NCBI GenBank assembly: GCA_947623465.1
Contig: CANQGU010000001.1
Span: 83,065 to 147,064, forward strand
Reading direction: 5' to 3'
Length of the DNA: 64,000 bases
From: an uncultured Clostridia bacterium
GTDB taxonomy: Bacteria > Bacillota > Clostridia > TANB77 > CAG-508
The notes under the pieces: model-generated
What the model saw: the letters and a program-made list of their open reading frames with translations, nothing else
What the model was told of the DNA's origin: nothing
Database searches by the model: none
Program-made: the position numbers and the translations under genes
In this document: one piece after another, positions 30,201 through 41,300 of the stretch
How the letters are laid out: each line of letters opens with the position of its first letter
Position numbering within the stretch: the first letter of the stretch is position 1

Positions 30201-32301
30201 AGTGCAAGTAAATTCAAACATAGAGGATTCTACTGAAATAAAAAATGCTATAAATGTAACATACAAAGATACAAAATTACCTGAAAAAGTAAAAACACTT
30301 ATAGCAAAAAAAGCAGATATGAAATTAAATTTAGTTATGATAGACAGAACTTCTTCAAACATAAATGCTTCACAAACTTACAAATATATATTAAAAGTAC
30401 AAAATTTAACATCACAAGATATTTCTAATATAAAAATAGATCTTAATGGAGACTTTTTGATTCAAAAAGTACATAAAGGAGAAAATGAAATATCTGTAGT
30501 AGCAGAAGGAGAAGAAGATAATATTAATGAAGAAAAAATGGATTATACTGATAAATCATTTACAATAGATACATTAAAAGCACAAGAAAATGCTGAATAT
30601 TCTATATATGTATATACACAAAATACAGAAAATAAAGAATTAAATATTAGTGTTAAAGCAAATGATTTGTATCGTTCAAATGGAATTACAGAAAATATTG
30701 CAAATAAAAATGTTAATATATTTATGGCTTCAGACAATGAAGGTGAAAACATAAAATCAGGAGATTCCGTAGTATATGATATAGATGTAAAAAATGAAGG
30801 AGATGCAATAGAAAATCTAGAAATAAGACAAGAAATTACAAATATATTAAATGTTCAAAAAGTTTCTATAAATGGAAATGAAGTTAACTTTAAAGAACTA
30901 GATGATGCAGACCAAATAAAAGATGCAAAAACTATATATATGACATCTAATCTTGGAAAAGATGAAACATTAAATATAGAGGTACAATGTGAAGCTAACA
31001 AATCAGAAGAAATTAAAGAAGATACAGAAATACAAAGTATATCAGAAGTTATAAGTAACGACATTTTAGATAAATCACAAATAGTATATCATAACCTAAT
31101 GAGTAATATAAAAGTAGGTACAAATACATCTACAGAAAACAATGCAGATAACTCAAATGGTAATGATAATGGAAACAGCAATGGTAATAACAATAGTAAT
31201 GGAAATAACAATAACAATGATAATGAAAGCCTTGATAATAGCGAAAATGGAGGAAATGGAGGAAATGGTCAAAACATAAATAATCAAGGAGCAAATTCAA
31301 GTATGTTTACTATTTCAGGTACAGCATGGTTAGATAAAAACGAAAACGGAAATAAAGAAGTAGATGAACAAAAATTAAGTGGAATAAAAGTAAAATTAAT
31401 CGATATGCAAAATAATACAGTATCTGAAACAACTACGGGAGATAATGGTTCATACACATTAAGAAATGTTCCAAATGGAGTATATATAGCAGTATTTGAA
31501 TATGACACAGAAAAATATATATTAACAACTTATAAAGCAGACGGAGTTATAGAAAGCAGAAACTCAGATGCAGAAAATGTAAAAATGAACATTAATGGAG
31601 AAGAACAGGCAGTTGCATCTACAGATACATTAACAGTAAAAGGACAAAACTTATCAAATATAGACTTAGGTTTAGTAGATGCCAAAACATTTGACTTAGA
31701 ACTTTCAAAAACAATAAGCAAAGTAATAGTAACAAATGCTGAAGGAACAAAAACAACAGATTATGATAATACTGAACTTGCAAAAGCAGACATAAAAGCA
31801 AAATATTTAAGCGGTTCAACAGTAGTTGCAGAATACAAAATAAAAGTAACAAATACAGGAGAGATTGCAGGATATGCTAAACAAATAGTAGACTACAAAC
31901 CAAGTGATTTAAGCTTTAACTCAGAATTAAACTCAGATTGGTATCAATCAGGAGAAAACCTATATTCAACAAGTTTAGCAAATACAAAAATAGAACCAGG
32001 AGAAAGCAAAGAACTAACATTAGTATTAACAAAACAAATGACAGAAACAAATACAGGACTTGTAAATAACACAGCAGAATTACAAGACACATTTAACCCA
32101 TTAAATGTAGAAGACATAGACTCAACACCTGGAAACAGAAAAGTTGGTGAAGATGATATGGGATCAGGAAACTTAATTATAAGTGTAAAAACAGGTGGAG
32201 CAATAAGCTTTGTAGCAATAACATTAGGAGTAATGGCTATTATGGCAGCAGGAGCTTACCTAGTAGGAAAAAAATTAATGAAAGATATTACAAAATTTTA
32301 A
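27295..32301 (+). CDS. Giant cell-surface protein A1 (DUF11-type repeat domains, Asn/Gly linker, SdrD B-like domain, C-terminal SVKTGG plus TM plus basic tail)
   Basis: 1668 aa with an N-terminal signal/anchor. DUF11-like GEIIKYVTTIENAGDIVADKIDVKATIPDNT. SdrD-B-like ISGTAWLDKNENGNKEVDEQKLSGIKVKLID...GSYTLRNVPNGVY. Sorting-signal-like C-terminus. Confidence 0.8.
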   Translation: MNILTKKVFNKICAIIVIMMLTISDFLLIGKSMVTYALDVVETNNSNIDFVAYFMNENGEKIERVEKDIDAEEYLYVNISVKNEGYFNGNISLKNSNFKISDEILSQDISSIANNVVTLNQINAGTTSTIKLKIEAAKEDVITKEALNRKTSVVLQGDYVNSKNVEKQKHIEISGTSKVEVDWKSSEALAAELKSDVLTNAVYNVNGEEKRIVQILINSKLTNNNYPIKNTNINLNVIDNVEEVRVNARSTAGTNKNINFNTNNYIYDEVNKTLAIKLENENENNISWSKNAEDSIVVTYVLSKEANVQNKEIVVNSTINTYDNKELKGNANVHIEKNIDGIVSYELVNNEESIYKGKLYTGEDREYIEKSKINVDFKDIVDNVEIKANTSTYLTANGELTANIVYKEIAINEAEFTKILGENGYIEIKDENETVVANITKDSEVDENGNIKVNVNTKMVTITTSKPIAEGTLNIESKKTIQNSGYTREQINELTSIKETISGSYNKKQYENKEKLIELKNTKSSAKLDVNVTKLGTIEENKNVKMTVTLPNNDESKDLYQNPTIKITLPKQVTKVTESKCKLLYGNGLQLGNAKIAKENENYVMNINLVGTQSAYSTEVIEGTTIVVYANLSLDELAGNEKENITLNYTNEIATMYEDNGVEQVEIAIEGKTGLIVTNDIADVKTVGNEGQKEIKTPVLKEAQDMTVGIRAINNEGTEIKDVKILGSFPTAGENTIGAMLTSGINVTENKSNIEVYYSENENATDNIEDSTNGWKTEGNSNAIKKYLIKIDTIGAGEKFGANYNINIPENREFNMKTTEGYEVKYTNSLTNSIKQEQATQMNILTGEGTKLNITTDAYVGGEKLEENSTVYAGEIIKYVTTIENAGDIVADKIDVKATIPDNTTCVQYQKNVQNLVDYSNEETIEKDQEFGEEDENAFQDKYVTSDKKEITTSIDNLNIGETKRLVYEVQVNSNIEDSTEIKNAINVTYKDTKLPEKVKTLIAKKADMKLNLVMIDRTSSNINASQTYKYILKVQNLTSQDISNIKIDLNGDFLIQKVHKGENEISVVAEGEEDNINEEKMDYTDKSFTIDTLKAQENAEYSIYVYTQNTENKELNISVKANDLYRSNGITENIANKNVNIFMASDNEGENIKSGDSVVYDIDVKNEGDAIENLEIRQEITNILNVQKVSINGNEVNFKELDDADQIKDAKTIYMTSNLGKDETLNIEVQCEANKSEEIKEDTEIQSISEVISNDILDKSQIVYHNLMSNIKVGTNTSTENNADNSNGNDNGNSNGNNNSNGNNNNNDNESLDNSENGGNGGNGQNINNQGANSSMFTISGTAWLDKNENGNKEVDEQKLSGIKVKLIDMQNNTVSETTTGDNGSYTLRNVPNGVYIAVFEYDTEKYILTTYKADGVIESRNSDAENVKMNINGEEQAVASTDTLTVKGQNLSNIDLGLVDAKTFDLELSKTISKVIVTNAEGTKTTDYDNTELAKADIKAKYLSGSTVVAEYKIKVTNTGEIAGYAKQIVDYKPSDLSFNSELNSDWYQSGENLYSTSLANTKIEPGESKELTLVLTKQMTETNTGLVNNTAELQDTFNPLNVEDIDSTPGNRKVGEDDMGSGNLIISVKTGGAISFVAITLGVMAIMAAGAYLVGKKLMKDITKF

Positions 32302-32318
32302 ATGAAAGGAGGTAAAAA

Positions 32319-35300
32319 ATGAGTAATTTAAGTAAAAAAATAAAAATAATTTTAATATTAATTATATCTACATTATCATTATTTGTAATGAATGGAAAAG
32401 TACAAGCAATTGGTGTTGGAAGTACATTAACTGTTGGATACCAAAATACTTCTTGCAATAAATACCAATTATTAAATAATGAAAAGTTATATTGTGTTAA
32501 CCATAATATGAAATTAAGTAGTAATGAGACTAATATATTTAAAGTTAAATATAAAGTAACAATAAATGGTACAATAGCAAAAGCAACAAATGGTAAGAAA
32601 ACACGTACTTCAGAATCAAAAAGAGCAAATGCAATAATGAGCTATTTATTAACTCATGGAAATTACCAATATGGATATGGAGGAAAAGGTGGAGGAACAA
32701 GACAACAAGCCGTTTGGAGTTATTGGAATACATGGCTATCAAAAGTTGGAAGTAGCATAGGTATAAACTATAATACATGGTATGGAAAATCTAATAGTTC
32801 TGTTGATGGAGGTCAATTCTTAGAAAATGCCAAAGATTGGGCAATAAAAAATGCAGGATTTAAAGACAGCGAAAGTGGAAAAGGAGCTGCATCTGTTGAT
32901 AAATTAACATTAAAAAGAGGAGAAGAGGATGACAAAAATTCTGATTGGAGAAGATATCAATTTAATATAGATAAATCCGGAACAGTAACTAAAATAAAGG
33001 TATACTATGAAGTAGCCAAAAAAGATGCAAATGGAAATATAATAGGATATGAAAAAGCAGAAAAACCAAAGGTTCTAAAAAAAGGAACATCAAATTTAAA
33101 AAACATAAAATATCAACAATTAGAAGGAAAAGAGTATAAAAATAAAGATGTAAGTAAAGTAAGTAACAAAGATAATAACTATATTTTATGCAAAAAAGGT
33201 GATTGGAGAGTAACAGGAATACAAGTATATGTAGAAAAAACTGTTAAAGATGTTCCTAAAGTAACTTTATATTTATTATACCATTCATATAAACAAAAAT
33301 TAATTTGGGTAGAACACTCTACAGACAATCAACCATATAAAGATGATAAATTAGCAGAAATAGACGCAAAAGCTAGTTTAACAGTTGAAAAATATGTTGG
33401 AACTTCACAAAAAGACGAAAACGGAAAAGACATTGTTGTAATTGACCAAAATAATGAAGATGTTTCTATAGAATATATTTTAGGAAAATATAACGATTCT
33501 ACTAAGGAATATCAATATCTAAAACCAAATGGAAAATGGGGAGCTAAAGAAAGTGCACAAACATTCAAATCAGGCGAAAAAATTAAAAATCTAGAACAAG
33601 GAAAATACAAAATTGTAGAAATTAAAGTTAACACTGGAAATGCACAAAAAGAAATTATAGATGTAAGTTTATACAGAGATGGTGAAGAATCAACTGTAGA
33701 AAAACAAAATGCTACTGAAGTTGTATTCAAGGTATTTGCATATGAAAATTCAGACATCAAATTAAAAATAGTAGATAAAGGTAATAGCGGAAGTTTACTT
33801 GTTAGAAAAATGGGACAAAAATCAGTATTACCAGCAGGATATGACCAAGAAACAGCAGGAAAAGATGTAAATCTTGAAGAAAACAACAACTCACAAAAAG
33901 AAAGCAATGAAGACAGTAATGACGAAATAGAAAATGGGGAAACTTTAGAAGAAGCTCCAATAGAAGAACGGAGGAAATGATGTAGCATACGGAACTAACG
34001 AAAACGAAACATATCCTGATGACTTCGATATGGAAAGTCCAAGTGAATATGGTGAGTTAATACAATTAAGTAATGTTAGCTTTATAGTTCGTAATTCAGA
34101 AGGCAAATATCTAATACAAGATGGAGATAAAATAGATTTTATAGAAGATGTTAAAGTAGCTAAAGTATTTGAGACAAGTGGAGCTGATGATGATAGTGAA
34201 GATGCTTATGGTGAGAGGCAAATAGATGGACTACCATATGACACTTATGAAATTTTCGAAGTTCGTAAAACTGATGATACATATTTAAATACATATTATA
34301 ATATAACAACTCAAGATGGATATGTAGCAGGTACATTTGATAGAAGCGGATATATAAATGGTTGGGTAGATTTAGGAAAAATCGAAGTAAGTCAAGAACA
34401 AGGACATGGACCAAAAAATCCAGCAACAAAAATAGTTACAAGATCAGGTGTAGAAAAAGAATTTGCATATAACACTAAATCTGTTGGAGATTTAAAAATA
34501 TCAAAAAGCGATTCAAGATATACAAACTTAAAATTAGAGGGTGCAGAATTTAAAGTACAACAAATAAAAGTAGAAGATGGTGTTGAAAAAATTTCATGGA
34601 TAGGAGAATATACAGGAGTAGATCCAGAAAATCCAGATGCACCAACTTATGTAGCAGATAGAAATGCAGCTAAAACATTTGGAGCAGACGGAAATGGTGA
34701 AATAACAATACCTAATGTAGAATTTGCAACATATAGAATTTACGAAATAAAAGCACCTGTAGGATATGATATTACAAAACAAGATGGATATAATGCAACT
34801 TATGAAGGTTGGGTAACATGTAGTCCAGATGTAGTAGTTAGCAAAGAATCAACTGAGGCAGGAACAAATGAAATAAGAATATCACTTAGCAACAAAAAAA
34901 TAATTAGCTTAAAAGGTAAAGTATGGTTAGATAATATAGATGTAAAAGACCAAAGTTATAGTGACCAAAATGACTATTATCATAATGAAAGTCAATTATT
35001 TAAAGATGGATTAACTGTTGAATTATATGATAGAAATGATACTATTATTGGAACTACTCTAACAGATTCAAATGGAGAGTATGTATTTACTACAAAAACA
35101 GATGGAACACCATTATATTATTGGGATATAGTAAATGGATATGTAAAATTTGTATATAATGACAAAGAATATATAACAGTAACACCATTTGTTGGAAATA
35201 ATGTACAAACAAACTCTAAAGCTCAAGAAAAATCAATGGTAGAAAGAAATCAAAATGGAGAAATTGTATTAAGTAGATTAGATGACAACAATATGCCAGG

Positions 35301-37950
35301 TGGAGCAGCTGTAACTTATAAGAGTAATTATCCATTTAGTGTTGTATCTGATGCAAAAACAATAGTGGAAAATGGAAGAACTATGCAAGCTAAATTATAT
35401 AATGGTACAGCAACTGCGGATGATTGGAAAACAGCACCATTAACAAGTTATTATGATGAAAGTGATTATACAGTAAAATATATTGACTTAGGATTAAGAG
35501 AAAAAGTAGAACCAAGTTATGACATAAGTGAACAGTTGGCATATATAAAAGTTAAATTAAATGGATTCACATATACTTATTTATATGATAGTGATGGAGA
35601 TCTTAACGAAATAAAATCAAATTATGTACCAACAGTACAAGAGCAATTAACAAAATCTAGTTATTCATTTGCAATGTATCCAAGTGATGTAGCATACAGT
35701 GCAAATCAAACTAAAAAAGATAACAAAATGAAAGTATATGTAGTATACAAAATTAATGTAACAAACACAACAAACATATTTATAGATAAAGTATATTATG
35801 AGCAAAAACTAAAATTATCATCATTAACAAATACTTATGATACAACTAGATATGAATTAGTAAGCTCAGAGCCAGATAAAGATGAAACATTTAAATTTAA
35901 CTTATGGACAGACGAAAATAAAGATGGTATAGCAGAATTTGATTTAGCCTCTAAGGATGCTGGAAACGTATATGCAGACGGAATAACAAACAACTTAAGC
36001 TCACAAAATACAACAATAAGTTCATATATTAAATTTAAAATTACAGATGATGTTGTTGAAGGCTTATTAGATGGTAAAAATGATGTAAACAAAGCTATAT
36101 CAAACAAAGTAAATACTAAAGCATACCATGATTATACAAGACAAGATAATGTATGGACTGATGATGATGCTGAACTTCAAAGAACAGTAGATTTACAATA
36201 TACAGGAAGTAAAGAAGACAAAAAATATACACATAAATCTATAGAACAAGAAAAAGATTGTACAGCATTAGGACTAAAATTAAAATTAGGAGAAGACAGA
36301 GTTCTTTCTGGAACAGTATTTGAAGACAATAAAGCAGAGGACAAAGAAAATAAAGGAAATGGAATTATTGACAATAACGAAAATAAGGCAAACAAAGTTG
36401 CAGTTCAATTAGTAGATATTAATGGTAATACAGTTGCTAGATATCCAAATTATAAAAAGACAAATAATAAAGAAGAAAACATGAAAGCAGATGATACGCC
36501 AGTATTAACAGACGATAACGGTAACTTTGAAATGCTAGGAGTTGTTCCAGGATATTACTACTTACAATATACTTATGGTAATGGTGAACAAGAAATAGTA
36601 GGAAAACCTGTAAATCTAGTAGATTACAAATCAACTATAGTAACAGACGATCAAGCAAAAAATGCAATGAAGTCTACTGCATTTGATGGAGCAAAAAATG
36701 TAGCTAGTATGCAACAAGACATGGAAGACTACTATAATGGAATTAAGACTGCAGATGCTGTTAAAGCTTCAAAAGACATAATGGAATGGTATAAAGCAAG
36801 TAAGAAAGATCATTCAGTTGCAAGTGACGACATAAATGTAAGAGAAAAACTAAATGGTTATGAATATCATGAAGATGGCAGCATATATAACGCAAATAAA
36901 GTTAAAGTAGACAATGGAGAAGGTTATATAAATGCAACAGATGAAAATGGTACAGTTATAGTAGATAGTGCAGGAAATACAAACAAAATGACAATGTCAT
37001 CATATACACCAATGGTTGGTATTTCAATAGAAAATGACGAAGGAAAACAAGGAGAAAAATCTGATAAAGATGTTGATGGAGAAAATGTTAAAGAAAACGT
37101 TCAAATACCAACATATGACGGATTTAACCTAGGAGTTATTAAAGAAACAGTAACCAACTTAAGTGTAGAAAAGAAAATGGTAAGAGTACAATTAACAAAC
37201 CAAATAGGTTCTGTATTAGTAGACCAAAATCCAAAAACCTTACTATCACTTCATATATCTGACTTAGATGGAGTAACAGAAGGTGGAAGTAAATATGCTA
37301 AACTAGAAATGGAAAAAGATAACTATGTAGGCTCAACATTAAAACCAACATATCAATTAACAATAACAAACAATTCTGATGAAGACTATATAGAGACAGA
37401 GGACCAATATAAAGGAAATTACTTCAAATATGGTGACAAAGACCATGCTGTATTAAAAGAAACAGATATAAGAGAAGTTATAGATGAGCTAGACTTAAAA
37501 TACGATTATGACAATGTAGAAGGAATAGTTACTCAAACTAAAAATGAGAAAGAATCACCAAACAAAGTAACTTTAAAATCAGAAACTATAGATAGTGATG
37601 AAGCTTTAGGAGAAAATCATAAACATATAACAATTACAGGTTGGGACAAAATAGCAACAGGTGACAATGTGTCTATAGAATACACACCAACAGCTTTATT
37701 AGGAAATGTAGAAGATGATACTGAATTTAAAAATGAAGCTAGAATTGCCAAATTAAGTTTAGATAATCTATCAACACTGGCTATACTAGATGGAACAGCA
37801 TGGGGTGATACTTATAAAGACCACGCAACACTTACAGTAGTACCAAATACAGGTAAAGATAGAAGCAATATTTATATAATTACTGCAGCAGTTGCATTAG
37901 TAGCATTAGGAATAGGATTTATAATTATAAAGAAAAGAGTTCTTAAATAA
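32319..37950 (+). CDS. Giant adhesin B1 (about 1876 aa: signal peptide, Cys/QxAxW N-terminal domain, SpaA/Cna-B prealbumin-fold domains, SdrD B-like domain, VPNTG sorting signal); requires C-GGA recoding at 33969-33971
   Basis: ORFs 32319-33980 and 34030-37950 join as EEAPIEE-G-GNDVAYGTNENETYPDDFDMESPSEYG. GAEFKVQ...ATYRIYEIKAPVGYD is a SpaA-like fold. C-terminal VPNTGKDRS plus TM plus KKRVLK. Length minus 1 nt equals 1877 codons. Confidence 0.75.
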
Positions 37951-37975
37951 AATTTAATATAAAAAATCCTATAGT

Positions 37976-38014
37976 AAAAAGTTCTTGGGGAAAGAATCCC
38001 AAGAACTTTTTTTT
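37976..38014 (+). terminator. Intrinsic terminator after cassette 1
   Basis: Stem gttcttggg / cccaagaac (37981-37989 and 37998-38006) followed by a T8 run. Confidence 0.85.
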
Positions 38015-38195
38015 GTGCTATAAAACCTACGCATACTTGCTTTATAGAGATTTTTTTTGCTTTTTTAGAAAAATATTGTAATAAAAATGTAATAAAAAAT
38101 TAATAAAACGAAAAGAAAAAAACTTAGAAAAAGCTTCCGTAAGTAACTTTTGAGCTTGATTTTGTAAAATTTAACAAACATGAGATATTGGTATA

Positions 38196-38224
38196 TTGAC
38201 TAGAAAAATACTCTTTAATATAAT
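38196..38224 (+). promoter_or_regulatory. Near-consensus sigma-A promoter of cassette 2
   Basis: TTGACT, 17 nt spacer, TATAAT. About 100-nt leader before the ATG at 38328. Confidence 0.65.
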
Positions 38225-38327
38225 AAATTTAAGGTGATTAATGCCTGAATATAGGACAAGGCAAGGGTTTGAAAGCAATTACTTATGTGCTTGCCCCAAT
38301 TTGTCTCAGAAAGGAAAGGATTTTAAT

Positions 38328-41300
38328 ATGAACATTTTAACAAAAAAAGTATTTAACAAAATATGTGCAATAATCGTAATAATGTTACTTACAATGTCAG
38401 ATTTTTTATTAGTTGGAAAATCAATGGTAACATACGCATTAGATGTAGTACAGACTAACAACCCTAATGTTGATTTTGTAGCATATTTTATGAACGAAAA
38501 CGAAGAAAAATTAGAAAGGGTAGAAAAAGACATTGATGCAGAAGAATATTTGTATGTAGATATATCTGTAAAAAATGAAGGATATTTCAATGGTAATATA
38601 TCTTTAAAAAACAGCAACTTCAAAATATCAGACGAAAAATTAAGCCAAGATATATCATCAATATCAAATAATGTAGTAACACTAAACCAAATAAATGCTG
38701 GAACAACATCAACAATAAAGCTAAAAATAGAAGCTAATAAAGAAGATGTAATAACAAAAGAAGCATTAAATAGAAAAACAAGTGTTGTACTACAAGGAAA
38801 CTATGTAAATAGTAAAAATGTAGAAAAACAAAAACATATAGAAATAAGTGGCACATCAAATGTAGAAGTAGATTGGAAGTCAAGTGAAGAAGTATCAGCA
38901 GAACTAAAATCTGATGTGCTTACAAATGCTGTCTATAATGTAAATGGAGAAGAAAAAAGAATAGTACAAATATTAATAAATAGTAAACTTACAAACAATA
39001 ACTATCCAATAAAAAATACAAATATAAATTTAAATGTTATAGACAATGTAGAAGAAGTAAGAGTAAATGCAAGAAGTACAGCAGGAACAAATAAAAATAT
39101 AAACTTTAATAAAAACAACTATATATATGATGAAGTAAATAAAACTTTAGCAATAAAATTAGAAAACGAAAATGAAAACAATATAAGCTGGAGTAAAAAT
39201 GCAGAAGACAGTATAGTTGTAACATATGTATTAAGCAAAGAAGCAAATGTTCAAAATAAAGAAATAACAGTAAATAGCACAATAAATACTTATGACAATA
39301 AAGAGTTAAAATCAGGCGCAAATGTTCATATTGAAAAAGATATAGATGGAATAATAAGCTGTGATATAGTAAACAGTGAAAATTCAATATACAAAGGAAA
39401 AATATATACAGGTGAAGAAAGAGAGTATACAGAAAAAAGTAAGATAAATATTGGTTACAAAGAAATAGTAAATAATGTAACATTTAATTTAAATACATCA
39501 ACATATTTAACAGCAAACAGTGAACTTGCAGCTAATATAGTATATAAAGAAATAACAATAAATAAAGAAGAAATTGTAAAAGTACTTGGAGAAGATGGAT
39601 ATATAGAAATAAAAGACGAAAACAATTTAGTAGTTGCAAACATAACAAAAGATGCAGAAGTAGACGAAAATGGAAATATAAAAGTAACTGTAAATGCAAA
39701 AAAAGTAACAATAACAACAAGTAAACCAATAGAAGAAGGAACATTAAACATAGAAAGCAAAAAAGCAATACAAAATAGTGGATATACAAGAGAGCAAATA
39801 AAAGAATTAACAGGAATAAAAGAAACAGTAAGTGTAGGATATAATGGAAATGTATATTCAAATAAAGAATCAAAAATAGAATTAAAAGAAACTCAAACAA
39901 GTGCAAAACTAGATGTAAATGTAGAAAAATTAGGAACAATAGAAGAAAATAAAAATGTAAAAATGACAGTAACATTACCAAATAATGATGAAAGTAAAGA
40001 CTTATATCAAAATCCAACAATAAAAATAACATTACCAAAACAAGTAACAAAAGTTACAGAATCAAAATGCAAATTATTATATGGAAATGGATTACAATTA
40101 CAAAATGCAAAAATAGCAAAAGAAAATGAAAATTATGTAATGAACATAAATTTAACAGGTACACAAAGTGAATATAGTACAGAAGTAATAGAAGGAACAA
40201 CAATAGTAGTATATGCAAATTTAAGCTTAGATGAATTAGCAGGAAGTGGAAAAGAAAATATTACATTAAACTATACAAACGAAATAGCATCTACATATGT
40301 AGATAATGGAGTAGAACAAGCTCAAGTAGAAATAGAAGGAAAATCAGGATTAATAGTAACAAATGATATAGCAGATGTAAAAACAGTAGGAAACGAAGGA
40401 CAAAAAGACGTAAAAATACCAATATTAAAAGAAGCAAAAGATATGACAGTAGAAATAAGAGCAGTAAATAATGAAGGTGCAGAAATAAAAGATGTAAAAA
40501 TATTAGGAAGCTTCCCAACAGCAGGAGAAAACACAATAGGAGCAATTCTTACAAGTGGAATAAATATAACAGAAAGTAAAGGAAAAGTAGAAGTATATTA
40601 TAGTGAAAACGAAAATGCAACAGATAATGTAGAAGACAAAGCAAATGGATGGAAAACAGAAGGAAATTCGAATACAGTAAAAAAATATTTAATAAAAATA
40701 GATACAATAGGTGCAGGAGAAAAATTTGAAGCAAACTATAATATAAACATACCAGAAAACAGAGAATTCAATATGAAAGCTACAGAAGGGTATGAAGTAA
40801 AATACATAAATGTATTAACAAATAGTATAAAACAAGAACAAGCAACACAAATGAATATAACAACAGGAGAAGGAACAAAGTTAAATATAACAACAGATGC
40901 ATACGTAGGTGGAGAAAAACTAGAAAATGGTGCTACAGTATATGACGGAGAAGTAATAAAATATGTAACAACAATAGAAAATACAGGAGATATGGTAGCA
41001 AGTAAAGTAGATGTAACAGCAACAATTCCGGAAAACACAACTTATGTACAATATCAAAAAAATGTGTTAGAAGACACAGATATTGACGACGACGATGATG
41101 AAGACGAAGACGAAACTGCAGACACAGAAAGTGACGGAGAATATCAGTTATTTACAGACAGCTATATAGATAGAGAAGAAAAAATTCTAAATTCTTCTAT
41201 AGAAAATATAAAAGTAGGAGAAAAAAGAAAAATATCATACGAAGTAAGAGTAAATACTGGAACAGCTGAAAATACAGAATTAAAAAATACAGTAAATGCA

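Noticed and set aside
38241-38327. Upstream extension of A2 (MPEYRTRQGFESNYLCACPNLSQKGKDFN...).
   Set aside because: The paralogue A1 starts exactly at MNILTKKVFNK with an RBS. The extension overlaps the predicted leader just downstream of the promoter and has no RBS.
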